Below are positions 1 to 14,999 of a stretch of DNA of 64,000 nucleotides, one piece after another. This stretch comes from the human T2T-CHM13v2.0 reference genome, Homo sapiens: the NCBI RefSeq assembly GCF_009914755.1, contig NC_060926.1, one strand, 5' to 3'. Each line of letters starts with the position of its first letter. The first letter of the stretch is position 1. Made by a program: the position numbers and the translations under genes. The notes below the pieces were generated by a model, which searched no databases, was not told where the DNA came from, and saw only the letters and a program-made list of their open reading frames with translations.

Positions 1-252
1 ATGGCCTGTAGGCTTTTAAATGACTTAAAAAAAAGAAAAATATTTTGTGACAGTGAAATTACATAAAACTCAAATTTCAGTGTCCATAAATAAAATTCTG
101 TTTGAACAACGACATGCCCATGCCCATCTGTTTACACTATTGTCTATGGCTGCTTTTGCATTACAATGACAAAGTTGAGTAGCTACAACAGAGACTGTGT
201 GGTCCTAGACAAAAATATCCTGATCTATTATAGACAGTATGTGCTAACCCTG
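1..252 (+). mobile_element. MER58B-like hAT-Charlie MITE (cut by window edge)
   Basis: aaatttcagtgtccataaataaa...ttgtctatggctgcttt...gttgagtagct...agagac...ccctg resembles the MER58 consensus. Confidence 0.8.
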
Positions 253-404
253 GCATACACAGCCTATCCACCTGTGCTCTAAACTGTAGATGTATCTAAC
301 CAGAATAGATTGACTTCAAATCATCCAAATAGTTTATTAATGAAGACTAAAAGTCAGTGTTGAACAAAAGGGATACATTCAATGGATTTCATCCAGCCAG
401 CTAT

Positions 405-690
405 TTGATCAATCAACAATATTTACTGAGTCCAGTGCCAAGCATTGGAAATACAAAATGAACAAAACATGCATGGTCCTTATTCTCATGGAATTTAAAT
501 TCTTACAAGACAAAAAACAAAACAAAAACAAGAGACAAGTAACCAAGATGATACAGCTTGTGATAAGTGCTCTGAAGGAAATAAACATGATGCTATGATA
601 GAGAACAAAAGGGAATCTGGGGGTGTTATTCTAGACAAGGCAGTCACACAAGGTGTTTCTGTGGAAGCACAGAGTCATCCATCGTAGGGG
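405..690 (-). mobile_element. L2 3' fragment
   Basis: tcaacaatatttactgag...gccaagcattgg...gataagtgct is typical of an antisense L2 tail. Confidence 0.65.
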
Positions 691-1559
691 GAAGTGGTAT
701 GGGTAAAGCAGACCATTAAATACTCTGAGATTTCCGTAGACATAGAAACAGGAGGATGGAGAAATTTATACATTGTGAAGAGCATATGCAGAGACTACTT
801 TCCCTGATGAATTTTCCAATGGTATTTTTACTACAAAGTACACACAGTGTAATTATATAATGGGTCCAAATGGTTCAGGAACAAAATACAAATTAAAAAA
901 AAAAAACACAACACTATATAATTACTTAATTACCCGAAGGACAAGAATGGTTCCAGAGAGCCATTTCTGCTTATCAGGTATATACAGTAACACTTTTGTC
1001 TTTTTTAAAATGGGGGAAAAGCATTCCACACAATGTAAGTTTTCAGGATGCTGGCAAATGTGCACATACCAAAGAAAGTATAAATGGTAGGCACTGCTTA
1101 AAATAACATTAAACTTTTCCTACTTTTTAATTCTAAGAACACATTACAACAATTAAATATCAAAATGATCATAAAAGAATAAATATTAGAAAGAGTAGAA
1201 TATTCTTTGGTTGCAATTCATACATAGCTAATGCAGCATAACATAGCAGTTGAAGCTTGACAAACGATAAGCTATGAACTTTGGGAAAGAGCTAGCGTCA
1301 CTTGGTTCTTAATTTCTTTCTTGGCATATACCAGCATAACTACTTAAAATACAATCTGTCCATTTTGTGGGATGGTTATGCAGTTTTTTCCATGTTTTAA
1401 AATAAATCTTAAATTAACCTGTTTCTAGAGTAAAACCAACTTTCTACTTAAAATTTAAGCAGTTTGAAGCAGCACAAAAACTGTTCAGTAGTCTTTTAAA
1501 TATTTATAAAATAATTATGCAATTCCGGTTTATTTCTCCTGATGAAAAATGATAAAAAC

Positions 1560-2100
1560 ACATGATTTTCAACCACTTGAAAAGCCAGACACACAGGTCT
1601 ATTGAAACATAGGTACAATTCAATGTAATGATTCATAGTGTCTCTAATAGAAAGATTCAGCAGTTCTCAATCGAGACCTTTATTCCTTCTCTGAATAAAT
1701 GATGCCTGAAATTTTTATTCTTGTTCTAATGGAATTTCAATGGCCTTCACTGCAAATCTACTGGAAATTTTTGCATATTAAGTGGAAAAAATTAAATGAT
1801 GTTAACCACATTTTAATGTGATTAAGGCTGACAGGGTCATTATTTCTGCTAATCACTCAGTTTAAAAAGCTCAAACAAAACTTTATAACAGACAAGGTTT
1901 TTAATTTTATGTATATCTTGTTGAAATAGAAAAAAAAAGGTAGAAGAAAAAGAAGGGAAAAACTACACTATAGTCCTTGAGAAAAATCAATGAGTAGTTC
2001 CTACAATTTGCAGATGGGTTTCATTATACTTAATCTGGTGATGTAAAAACAGAAATGCAAAACAATCTTATACTGCACATCATCCTCTGGTTTCTTTCCT
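1560..2100. promoter_or_regulatory. Candidate conserved non-coding element/enhancer (possibly one of the OLA1 intronic ultraconserved elements)
   Basis: Repeat-free unique sequence with clustered TAAT/ATTA and TGACAG motifs. OLA1 introns are known UCE hosts. Conservation cannot be measured here. Confidence 0.5.
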
Positions 2101-5100
2101 TTTAAATACGAAGATGGCAAGAAAATGTACTTTGTAGAATTTTGAGTTCTGTGTTTTCTATTTGCTGCTAAATGAAAACAAATATAGTTTTTTCTTTAGA
2201 TCTTATAGCAAACTAAAAACAGAATTAATGTATAACACCACCTCAAACAATTCTTCAATGTTCTGTTTTCTAGATTAATCTATGCCATACAACTACGAAT
2301 ATTTCAAATATGTCAGGGTAAACTGAAAATCTTCACTGACAGAAAATCTCCAAAAAGAGTGACCCTAACTGCTATCAGAAGAATAATAAGGATTCTAATG
2401 AACAGCAGTACTTACAGATAATCTGTTTGCTGATAAGTTTACTTTTCTCACTGGTTATTCTATACTAGAAGCTTAATATTAAATTAATTCTTTAAGATTG
2501 CAGGTGTATTTGATATAATTTTGGTGCTCCAATTGCAAAGGACTGTTTTTAAAAGTACGTTATAATATTCTTGAAGCAAAAATGAGTACGAACCTAGCCA
2601 AAAAGACTTAACGAGTATCTTCTCTAACTTTCTGAGCATTTCAATATTTTCCGTAAACGGCAACAATTAAGCTAGGTACATACACACACAACTATACAAG
2701 AATGAATCAAATATCTCAGTATCTCTTTTTGTTGGCTGTCAACTGCTTAACCAATACTTGTTGTTGAAAATTATCTTTATCTTTCAGCTATTAAAATGGT
2801 AATTTCTAAAAATCATTTGAGGACATATGAAAGTAATATCACTATTCCTAATCTAGTAGTTATAGTGTTTTACACAAACAAAATTAATTTGCTTTTTAAA
2901 AATAGGACAAGCAAATTGTTTTTAAAAAGAAATACACACCTGAAGTTCAGACAATCTAATTCATACTAATTCATCCCAATCTGGTAAACTTAAACCAAAT
3001 TCATTAACTAAAAACAAAACATCTCATATATAAATAAGTAAATATATTTTGTATTGTCGTTTTCTAAAGCAGTATGAAACTACGATCATTGCAAATAATA
3101 GTCAAACCAACAATTATAAAACTTAAGCTACAGGTGCAGTACCTTTATCCAAAACCCGATCATTCTTTTCATGGTAAATTACTCAATTGCATGCAAATAG
3201 ATAAATGAGTTTACCTCACTGATCACAATCTAAGCAGCTAACAAAAGCAGAGCACCTGGCCACAAACAAGTCTTTTGAAATGCAATTTAGTATTAAAGTT
3301 TGAGAAATTGCTGTTGTGCTTTCGTATTAAAAATCATAACCAAACTGTTTTCAGCAAGAAGTTCAGCCGTTTGTGAAGAGAAAGTGATTGGAGCCTAGTA
3401 GATTACATAAATATCAAGAAAAGAAGTCAATAATAATGCTGCATTGTGGCCATAATCTTTGGTGTCCACAGACAGAATTATTGTTAAACTATTCTTATTT
3501 TAGTGTGATGCTATGCACTGGTGCATCAACTAATCACCCTCCAGAATTTCTGTGCTCATCTAAAAAGAGTCCCTGCTGAATGTTCTAATGCATCTTATTG
3601 TGAATCTTCAGCAAATAAAACTTCATGTATCAGCTCATGATGTGCTTTGCTGCTGGAAAGTCACAGACTCTGTGGGAGGCTCTTTATCTTCCCAGCAGTC
3701 AGTTCTCTGAGAACATCAGTGCAGCTACTGTAGTTACCTGTAGATTACTTGTATTTTCTCACATCTGTGTCCAGCAATCTAAACCATGATGATAAAGGGT
3801 CATTAGGTTTTGAGTGAGGAAGGGGATGGACTAGACAATTTGCTCTGATAAGCTCCTTGTTGGGAGCTCCAGTTTAGAATGTGAAATGTCGGTTATGTAC
3901 AGTTTTACACTAAAAGGAAAAAAGGATTTCACTTTTCTGCATTAACAATTAAAAATGATGTGGTTTAATGTCTCACTCTTGTCTACTGACTCACATTTTA
4001 CTTGGGTACTTTATAATTAAAAGTATTTAAGAGAAATAATTTTCTGTTTGTAAAATGGACTTCCACGCTCTATTAGCCACAAAGAATTCAGGTACAATTA
4101 CTAAGATAACTGCTGTTTGGAGCACAGCAAAGCAATTTCCCACAGTGGGACTTACAGTTCAATTTACCAGTTGGGCAAATATTTTGTGCTCTGTAGTGGC
4201 CTAGAGAGTTAAAAGCTATAGGTAACATTCGAGTAGTGTTATACTTGGAGAAAAGTTTCTTCAATCTAAATGAATGGTTTAGATTTCAAAGCAAAGACAG
4301 TATCCTAAAAACATTTCCCCAAATTAATAGTATAAATTTTAAAACCAACATAAAATACAGTTGTCACAGAAACCCTGACTGACCTCTCGTTCCCCTAAAA
4401 CAGGGGCTGAGAATTTGGAACTTCATTATTTTCATATTTGTATTGGATCCTAAATCATTCTGATATTTAATCACATTTTGGAAGTCATCAGCTGATAGAA
4501 TATACTATATTCTCGATTAGATTATAGAATGAGAATATGAATTGCTTAATTTCAAATGGTTTAGGATAATTGTGTCAGATTACAAAAATATAAAAATAAT
4601 TTGGACAGGGCATCCTTCAGATATTATACACCATATAGATAGGATAAAAAAGGGAGGTGTTTTAAAGAAAGATAGAGGGGCTTAAAATATGCTCTCTAAA
4701 TTTACATTCATAATTTACCCCTTTATTTAGGTATGCTTATTGTAGTACAATATTATCTCTTTTCAAAATTTCTACCTATCATCCTTTGAAAGGAAATTTT
4801 AAGAGAAAATAGTGACTGCAACAAATAAAATACTGCCTTGCCTCAAAGAACTATGTTAAAATAACAAAAGTATGTGAATAAAAGCGTATAATATTTTAAA
4901 ATGAAACATCAGTGATTTGGTTTTTTTGGAAATAGTTTTAAAATGGTATTCATTTAGACTGTTTGAAGGCTTTCCAATGTTGCTAGGGAAGAAAAATAAA
5001 AATACTTATTTTCAAAATCGTTTGCTAGCACTAAACACAAGCAAGCAATATTTTCCAACAGATTAAAGATAATGTAAGCATTTAAAAACTCCTGTTCTTC

Positions 5101-6566
5101 CTTTCAATTACATGAATTGTCTAAAAACCTTTGATGAAAGTCTGTAAGATAGAAGATATGTCACAATTATCAATATAGAGACATTTCTTAAAATAAAAAT
5201 TATCATAAAATATAACATTTTGGTAACTAACATTAACATCCAAAGGCAATATGAGAACTCAAATCCATAATAATTATTCATACACCAAACCACTGTAAAC
5301 CTAAATCATTTCTGAAGACCTGAATGTGTCAAGAACTTTGACAATTATGACTGGAGCCAGGAAACTGGAGCAGTGCAGAATTTCTTATGAATTTCTCCAG
5401 TTACTTTTTATAAATGCTGTCTTGGATGACAGCTTAATGTGTACCACATGCAATATTTATTCTTCTTCAGTGTCAGACTGTCTAGCCATCCAAGGGAATA
5501 CAAAGAATGTCACTTATTAGGATAAAAGCACAAGGAAGGTAATCAAGGACATATGTAACATCAGCCAATCATGCCCTATTTCAACATCCTATTCCATTCA
5601 TAACAGTTCAACAATTATTTGCTTACTGATAACTTGCTTTCAGGCTGTTTGTGTTCACCATAATGGTGGTTTGCATTTATTTTGCTCTTTAGAATGGGAC
5701 ACTTGCTGTGCCACACGTGTTTGTCAAAACTTTGTATCTTCCGTCAGAAATGGCTTAGAGTATCAAATAATTTCTATTTGTCAGGAACTACTAATGCAAC
5801 AATTAGTAACCCTTGATGTTAACAGGGCAGGGAAATAACTATAAAATAGCAAATGTGTAACTATTGAATATTTCATAGCAAAAAAAGTCTATTAAGTGAT
5901 ACATAGTAAGAAAGTAGGTATTATTAGCTAAGCCACACTCACATATCTTCTTATGGCTAAGAATGTTTAATCAGCATTGTTTTTTCTTTTTTTCTGTTTT
6001 CCAAAATTATGAAGCTGACAAAACTTCCCAGTCTACCCCACTGGTCTTTAAGCTATATATGCAAAATGTCCAAGATATAGCAAGTTGTACTAAAACTTAT
6101 ACTTGGCCACCAATACATATTTTACTTAATAATAGATTTTAAAAAAATAATGTCCCATCACATACCATAATCATGAACTGTGTAATTGCTGAAACAATTA
6201 TTTAATTGTGCTTAATCAGAAAATTTCAACCAGATATGGCTTTAACAATGTATTCCAGTAACACTTAAAAGCTTTTACAAGTACTAATTTCAAGAGATCC
6301 AGGCAACTGAGATGTTTGTCTTTGAATACGGGAAAGGAAACAAATGGCTGATATTCTCCATATCCTCTTTCTTGGTCTCTTTCTTTTCTGTCTCTATTTC
6401 AATTTGGCCTGAAGCAGAGCAAGTTCTATGATGCAAGGAATATGCCATGCAAACTATTCTGTATAATTTTTCAAAATAAGACTCAGGAAAAAAAAACACT
6501 TTTAAATAATAAAAGCATTATCACCCATTTTTCTCTTCCAGTCCTAAAACATGATGAGAGTTAACA

Positions 6567-6836
6567 AAATTTTTATTTTGGGTTTGGGGCTACATGTGAA
6601 GGTTCGTTACATAAACACATCACAGGCTTTTTTTGTACCTATCACCCAGGTATTAAGCTCAGTAACCAATAGTTATCCTTTCTGCTCCTCTCTCTCTTCC
6701 CACCCTCTTTCCTCAAGTAGACCCCAGTGTCTACTGTTTCCTTCTTTGTGTTCATAAGTTCTCATCATTTAGCTCCCGCTTATAAGTGAGAACCTCTGGT
6801 ATTCAGTTTTCTATCCCTGTGTTAGTTTGCTAAGGA
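6567..6836 (-). mobile_element. L1 3' end fragment (old L1PA-type)
   Basis: atcacccaggtattaagc...catttagctccc.cttataagtgagaac...gttagtttgctaaggat is antisense L1PA 3' UTR. Confidence 0.85.
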
Positions 6837-7624
<788 letters not shown>

Positions 7625-8139
7625 TAATTGCAACGTTTTATATAAGCAGGACTCAAGTTAGTTAAGAGAGTTTATTATGTAATTACAACTGCCAGGAACT
7701 AGCCAATTAACTGTCAATCTATCTATGTTCATACACATACATATGCTTTTCTCTTAGAATTATGATAAATAAATTATATTTCAAGTCAAACAGATCTGAC
7801 ACAGAATAATTTCTGCCACAGGATAATTTCATTTAATATATGTAACATATTTTATTTAATTCTCATAATTCTATAAGAAAATCATTACTCTCTCTGACAG
7901 GTGAGGAAACCAAGGGCTATAAGGCAACTAACCAAACATTCTTGAGTCATGCTTACACAAAATATTGCAATTATGTTTGCTCTCCGATAGGTATAAGTTT
8001 CTGTGTAATTTTCACTAGGATACAAACAACATAAAAAATTCCTTGTCTACTTTTGTTGCATGAAAAGCATGCTATAAATGCATAAAATGTTTTATACTTT
8101 CTCTCATGAATTTGAGCTAAAAGAAGTTTCCAAAATATT

Positions 8140-8300
8140 TAACTAGATTTCTTACTTCACTTCTCTGAGCCTTAGGTTCTCATTAGTAAATGGATAGAAA
8201 TTTGCCTTCCAAGGTTGTTATGGGGATTAAACGAAATGATAGAACATATGTAAACACCCCAAAGTGCAGCATATAATAGATGCTCAACAAATGGTAGTCA
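8140..8300 (+). mobile_element. MIR
   Basis: acttctctgagcct...gtaaatgg...ggttgttatggggattaaa...gctcaacaaat. Confidence 0.7.
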
Positions 8301-8944
8301 TTAGTTTTGCCCGACCTGGATGTACATGTACATATACATATACATATACGTATACAATGTTCATTATATTGCTATGCACTAATATAGTACTAAACCAGAA
8401 CATTATACAAATCATCCATTTGTATTTCAGCTAATAAAGGAGATATGTACAAACACACACAGTCTCACACACTTCCCTACTCCCAAAGTAGTTCTCAAAA
8501 ACAAATCCAAGTTAGTGAAAATGCAAGGAAACAGAATAAGTCAGTACATGGTTAAAAACAAATACACAAATAAAACAAGTGGTTGAAGAAAGTAGATTTC
8601 TTGAGAAAAGTAGCAATAATATGTATTTTCAATATAAAAATATATAAACTCTTTTATGTACTGTCCCTACAATGGCTATTAAATTGGAAAATAGTTTTTA
8701 GAGAGAAGTCCATACAATTAAAGATACAATTTTAGGTACAATTTTTTAAAAAATACCACTCTCAGTTGGCATTTTCTAATTAGGTTATAATGAATTTTTA
8801 GTCTCAGATTTTATAGTGCATGAACTGTCTAACAACAAAACCTTACCCAAATGAAATTCATAGTAATAGGAAATGTGACTGGTATATGACACATTTCTCA
8901 GGCCTTGTCTACCTTTCCAGCATCACCAGTGCCCCAGTGCTGAG

Positions 8945-9135
8945 ATACTATGGCTTAGCAGTTAGTGAGGAACATGAGCTCTGCAGATGAACTGCTTACA
9001 ACTGGATGTCGGCACCACTGACTGGTTATGTAACTTTGGCCAAGTTCCTTAATCTCTCCATACTTGCTTTTCATTTCCTTAAAATGTGGGTAATAATGGC
9101 ACCTACTTTACAAGCTTGTTGAGAATCTTAAATAT
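8945..9135 (+). mobile_element. MIR
   Basis: tgtaactttggccaagttccttaatctct...aaaatgtgggtaataat core. Confidence 0.65.
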
Positions 9136-9233
9136 AACTGGCATAAGGTCAAGTGTGAAGTGTTGACTGAATGACGACTACTACAAATACAACATTAGGC
9201 ATACAAATTATCTGCCATTGCTCTACCTCATAG

Positions 9234-9620
9234 TGCTGTGGTTTGAATGTGCCCCCCAAGGTTCGTGTGTTAGGAATCCTAAGCCCCCAGTGCAATGGGA
9301 TTGGGAAGTGGGACCTTTAAGAGGTGGCTAGGTCATGAGGGCTCACCCCTTATGAAGCAATTAATGCTGTAATCATGGGAGTAGGTTAGTTATTTCAGGA
9401 GTGGACTCCTGATACAGAGAATGAGTTTGACCCACTTTGCTCTCTGTCTCCCACTTGTTTCTGCCTTCTGCTCTTCTGCCATGGGATGACCCTCAGAAGA
9501 TGCCAGTGACATACTCTCAGGCTTCCTGGGCTCCAGAACCATGAACCAAATAAATTTCTCTTCTTTATAAATTACCTAGTCTGTGGTATCTGTTACAGCA
9601 GCAGAAAACAAACTAACACG
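9234..9620 (+). mobile_element. MaLR solo LTR (MSTC/MSTD-like)
   Basis: tgctgtggtttgaatgt...ggtcatgagggc...aataaatttct...taaattac.tagtctgtggtat...aactaacac. Confidence 0.85.
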
Positions 9621-9650
9621 TGATATTCTCTCATTTCCCTATTTCTATAA

Positions 9651-9988
<338 letters not shown>

Positions 9989-10539
9989 AAGAATTATTTT
10001 TAACAAATTATGGTTTGCTATAACAGAAAAAGTTAAATCCTGTTTATCATATCAATATATAAAAACCAATCTGTGGTTACAGGTATGTTTTTGGGGGGTT
10101 TATTCTGTACCACTATTTTAGACTTGGCAATTTCATATAATTTTTAATTTCGGTTTCAATAAGAGCCATTGTATTTTCTCCACCAAAATTTTTATACATG
10201 ATATTGCGTAAAAATGCAAGCTAAGGTGGGTCCTAAAATATATTGCTGTTGCCTCTTAACAATGTTATTAAATAGTTAATAAAATTACGAGACAAGGCAA
10301 AAACAGCAGCAGCAAATGCTTATTATCCTAAAAAAAAACCCACAAATGTTGTCTTGAGAATTGTTCTTTTTAACTAAAATCCTAATTTAGTTTATTAACT
10401 AAACAATTGGATGGAGATTAAACTTTCTGAGATAAAACAAAGCAAAATGCTAAAGTTGCTGACGTGATATTTTCAAAGATTTCTGGAGATTCACAAACAT
10501 ATCTTGTACTGTCGCTTAGCTGTCAGTCATCCTGTGTGG

Positions 10540-10740
10540 AACAGTCGCATTCAGGTCAAATGGATCTATTTCTACCACTTACCTGCTCCAAGAACTTGGG
10601 CATGTTTTATAATCTTTCCAACCGCCTGCCCTATCTGTAAAATGGGCATGATAATATCTGCTTGATAAGTATAATATCATACATCTCAGCAATTTCCAAG
10701 CTCAGAATGCCCATCACATAGCAGGAACTCAACAATAAAT
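10540..10740 (+). mobile_element. MIR
   Basis: accacttacc...cttgggc...atctgtaaaatggg.atgataata. Confidence 0.65.
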
Positions 10741-10789
10741 AATGGTTTGCTATGTATGTCTTTTAGTTTGGTATAAGAAAAGCTAAATC

Positions 10790-11108
<319 letters not shown>

Positions 11109-11576
11109 TCAATTATATTAAATGGAGGAAGCGGGGAAGCAGGACATACAAAAGAAAAATGACAAAACTTAAAAGTCATGTTTGAAAACTGCTAGTGACC
11201 TTCATGTTGGACATCCATATACGTTCCTGGGGAAAAATCTTTTAAAATTTCATTTAAAAAGGCTAAAAATGATTACCAATGAACAGATGCTATTTGATCT
11301 TTTCCTTTTAAATTTCAAAATGGATTAAATCCAACAACATTTCCCACAGCCCCATAATACATTCTTTTAAAAGAATCTCTAAGGAAAATGCTGATTATCA
11401 CCCAGGAATACTGATGACTACCCCTTGATTTCAATGACAAATATTTAAAGTACTGAAAAGGCACTGCTAAATCTTTGCTAATGAAAAGACAAAGCTTATT
11501 TCTCTCTCTGTTGGAGTAACCCATTCCTAAACTAATATGCAGAACTCTTATTCCAATGATGCAAATGCTTCATTTT

Positions 11577-11839
11577 GGCCAGGTATAGTGGTTCACACCT
11601 GTAATCTCAGCACTTTGAGAGGCCAAGGCACGTGGATCGCTTGAGCCAAGGAGTTCTAGACCAGCCTGGGCAACATGGGAAACCCTGACTCTTACAAAAA
11701 ATACAAAAATTAGCCAGGTGTGGTAGCCTGCGCCCGTCAGGGAGGTCCAGACTGCAATGAGCTGTGATTGCACCACTGCACTCCAGCCTGGTCAAGAGAG
11801 TGAGACCCTGTCTCTGAAAAAAAAAGAAAAGGAAAAAAA
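11577..11839 (+). mobile_element. AluJ with an internal right-arm deletion
   Basis: gatcgcttgagcc, cctgggcaacat; TSD aaatgcttcatttt. Confidence 0.93.
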
Positions 11840-12399
11840 TGCTTCATTTTAGTAAACATTCAATTCAAGGCCAATGTAATAGTGTAATGAGGGTCATCTC
11901 GGAATTTGAGGATCAAATGAAATAAAAAAGCTGAAACACCGTAAGGCTCTAGACAAATGTTGGCTGCTGTTATTTCTTAATAAAGTTCAACCTATTTCTT
12001 TGAAGTTGTACATCGAGGGGCTTTTAAAAAGTGCTTCATAATTGGTAGCATGAATCAACAAGTCACTAGACAAGCATGGAAAAGGAAAGATGAAATTTGA
12101 AATAAATTGCAATTATTACTTTAAAGGCTGTTTAAAACACTTAGCAATCAAAAATATTTCTGGACTATAAGAAATCAACGAAAGCAAACTAGAAAATACA
12201 TTATGGTTATTCTTAAAACCCAAATAAAATTTTAGAACACATTTAGAACATGTTTAAAATGTTTCAATGGTATGTACTTAAATAAAAACATATACGTTTT
12301 TTCAAGTGGTTGTCTTCACATTTTATTCCTTTTTGATGGACCATTATGCTCTACATCAACTGACTCCTGTTTCCTTCTCCAACTTCAATTCCTATAACT

Positions 12400-12735
12400 C
12401 GTATTCTGTTTTATTCCATCTAGCTACCTCAGAGCCTTTGTACTTGCAGTTTCCTCTCCCTGAACTGAGCTTTCCATGGATTCTCTCATGGCATGTATCC
12501 TTATTTCATAAGGTCTTCCCCAGCCGCCCTAACTAAAACAGTTTCCTCTTACTCTGCTTTGTTTTTATTCACGGTCCTAATCATTCCCTGCATTATATTA
12601 AATGTCTGTTTGTTGGATGTCTATTACTCCATGAGACTGTAAGTCTTCCAGGAGAAAGGGCTTTTTCTGTTCACCACCTAAGATAATACATGACACACAG
12701 AAGGGCTTAATAATTCTTAATAATTATTTGCTTAA
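12400..12735 (+). mobile_element. L2 3' fragment
   Basis: gcctttgtacttgc.gtttcctct...agactgtaag...tgttcacc... Confidence 0.65.
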
Positions 12736-14629
12736 AAAGGAAAAAGAAAACAGTACCCACCTCCTCAATGAGCTCACAGTCTTCAAAAGGAACATAAATT
12801 TGAAATTTGCATTTATAATGACAGTTTTTTTTATCAAGTTTTGCTTTTCTTGATGTAAAGCATTAAAAAGACAGATTGCACAGCAATGTGCAGTCCCAGC
12901 CTTATATAAACAGGAGTATATGCAAAGTTCATAAGTCGGTTATTTTAAAACACATTTTTAAAAAGCAGAATTTTAAAACTGGTCGTAAAAATGGTCACAG
13001 ATACAAAAATATTTCTCAAATTGTTCTATTTCTACTACATTGTGAATTAAATAGGCTTTTGAGGGTGAGTCTCACATTCTAATGTTTTTGATGGGACATG
13101 CTTTCTAGGTCAATTTAGAATAAAGGAATATAATAGTTTAAGTAATGTTACTGATCTCAAATATAGATATGCCAATTCACTTTGCTCTTATTCTAGCCAA
13201 AGCAACAGCTGCCCACTAAGATAAAAGATGGGAAGAAACATGGTGAGATGCAGAAAAGGCTTATTTTCAAGGCCCTGAGATATGGAAGAGGGAATGAGAG
13301 TAGGAAAAAAGATCAGGTCTTATCTGTAACCCAGCCCAGAAAAGTTGCTCTCAAATTGGGCTGCAACCTCAGGAATGCTCTGTACGCAATTAGGAAAAGT
13401 TACTATGGCAAACCTAGATATTTGCATGGGTATCTTTTCTTTATGAATTCATTACACTTCATTAAAATCATAAAATTCTAGCCCTGGAAGGGAACCTTAG
13501 AGATGATCTTTAATTCTTTACTAACTTGCACTGCCTCACCCCCAACACATACATACATACATTCATACTCAGAGAGACTGAGATATATGAAATCACAATG
13601 AAACTGTTTTAAAAGGTTTTTAAAAGAATAAACAATTTTCTTTAAAAAATCATGCTACTGTAACATGATTTTACATAAAGACTGTACATATTGTAACAAT
13701 GTAAACAAAGAATGATTTACTCTAATGGAAGCCAAGGGTGACAATAAAATCCTCTAAGCTGCAAATGGTGAAGTTATAGGGCCCAACCTGAAAGAGGGGA
13801 TGGGGTTGTAGAGAACATGGCAGTGATATCATGGGAGTCTCACTGTTATATTTATACATGTAATAAATTTTGTTCCTTAATCCAATAACAGAAATAAAAA
13901 CCAAGGTAATGTATCCAAAAGATGCATTCACAAGGCCAAAACAAGTTCTTTTTCCATTATTGAATACTTTTTGAGCTATAAGTAAATTTGGGAAACATTA
14001 TTTATACAGAACACATTTTATATGAACAATCTCAATGAATTATCTTCTACATGAAAGGCTAAGTAATTTAAATGGCCAAGTTCAAAGAGCTACTTATAGT
14101 AGCAAATAAAGACCATAGCACTTGTATTTCAAATTCTAAAGTAGTATTCTTCTTAACACACCCAACTCCTTGATAGTTTCTACTCCCTAGGTTACAAATA
14201 GACCATATTCTCCAGTTTTTTAGGATTCGTTTTCTTTATAGAAACAATATTATTAATGGTCCCTAACATTTTGGGCTAGGCTTCAAGTCTATTTAACTCA
14301 TCAAATAGTTAAACTACAACATTAAATCCAAAGGTAGATGCTGTGTCTGGGGAACATGCTGCACAGGAAAGAACGGTAGAGACAAATAATGCTCTTCCTC
14401 CTATCCCACACAAGCAGGACACATTAGGCTGTAAAACACTGACATTGTTCACCTTTCCTTTTCTCCACCCTTCTCCCAGGAAAACCTGTTATTCAAATCC
14501 TACAAACTATCTTGAACCTCCATTCTAAATCCTTCCCGAGGTCCTGCCCTATATTTCCCACTCCCAACAGTCCTGAGATTTCTGAGCTTCAAAATTCTCC
14601 ACTACCCTCTTCACCAACTACTAAACTCC

Positions 14630-14999
14630 TGTATTAGTCCATTCTCACATTGCTATAAAGAAATACCTGAGACTGGGTAATTTATAAAGAAAAGAGGTCT
14701 AACTGGCTCACAGTTCTGCAGGCTGTGAGGCACGGCTGGGGAGGCCTCAGGAAACTTCCAATCATGGCAAAGGTAAACAGGAAGCAGGCACAGCCGGAGA
14801 AGGAGGAAGAGAGCAAAGGTGTAGGTGCTACACACTTTTAAACAACCAGATCTCATGAGAACTCACTCATTATCACGAGAACAGCAAGAAGGAAATCCAC
14901 CCCTGCGGTCCAATCGTCTCATACCAGGCCCCTCCTCCAACACTGGGAATTATAATTCAACATGAGATTCGGGCAGAGACAAAAATCCAAACCATATCA
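14630..14999 (-). mobile_element. MSTA-like MaLR solo LTR
   Basis: tgtattagtcc...atccaaaccatatca termini with a perfect 5-bp TSD actcc on both sides. Confidence 0.93.

Noticed and set aside
10575-10590. Consensus donor CAG|gtaagt on the sense strand (similar sites at ~23335 and ~26617)
   Set aside because: Two derive from MIR sequence, and none has a convincing paired acceptor and exon.
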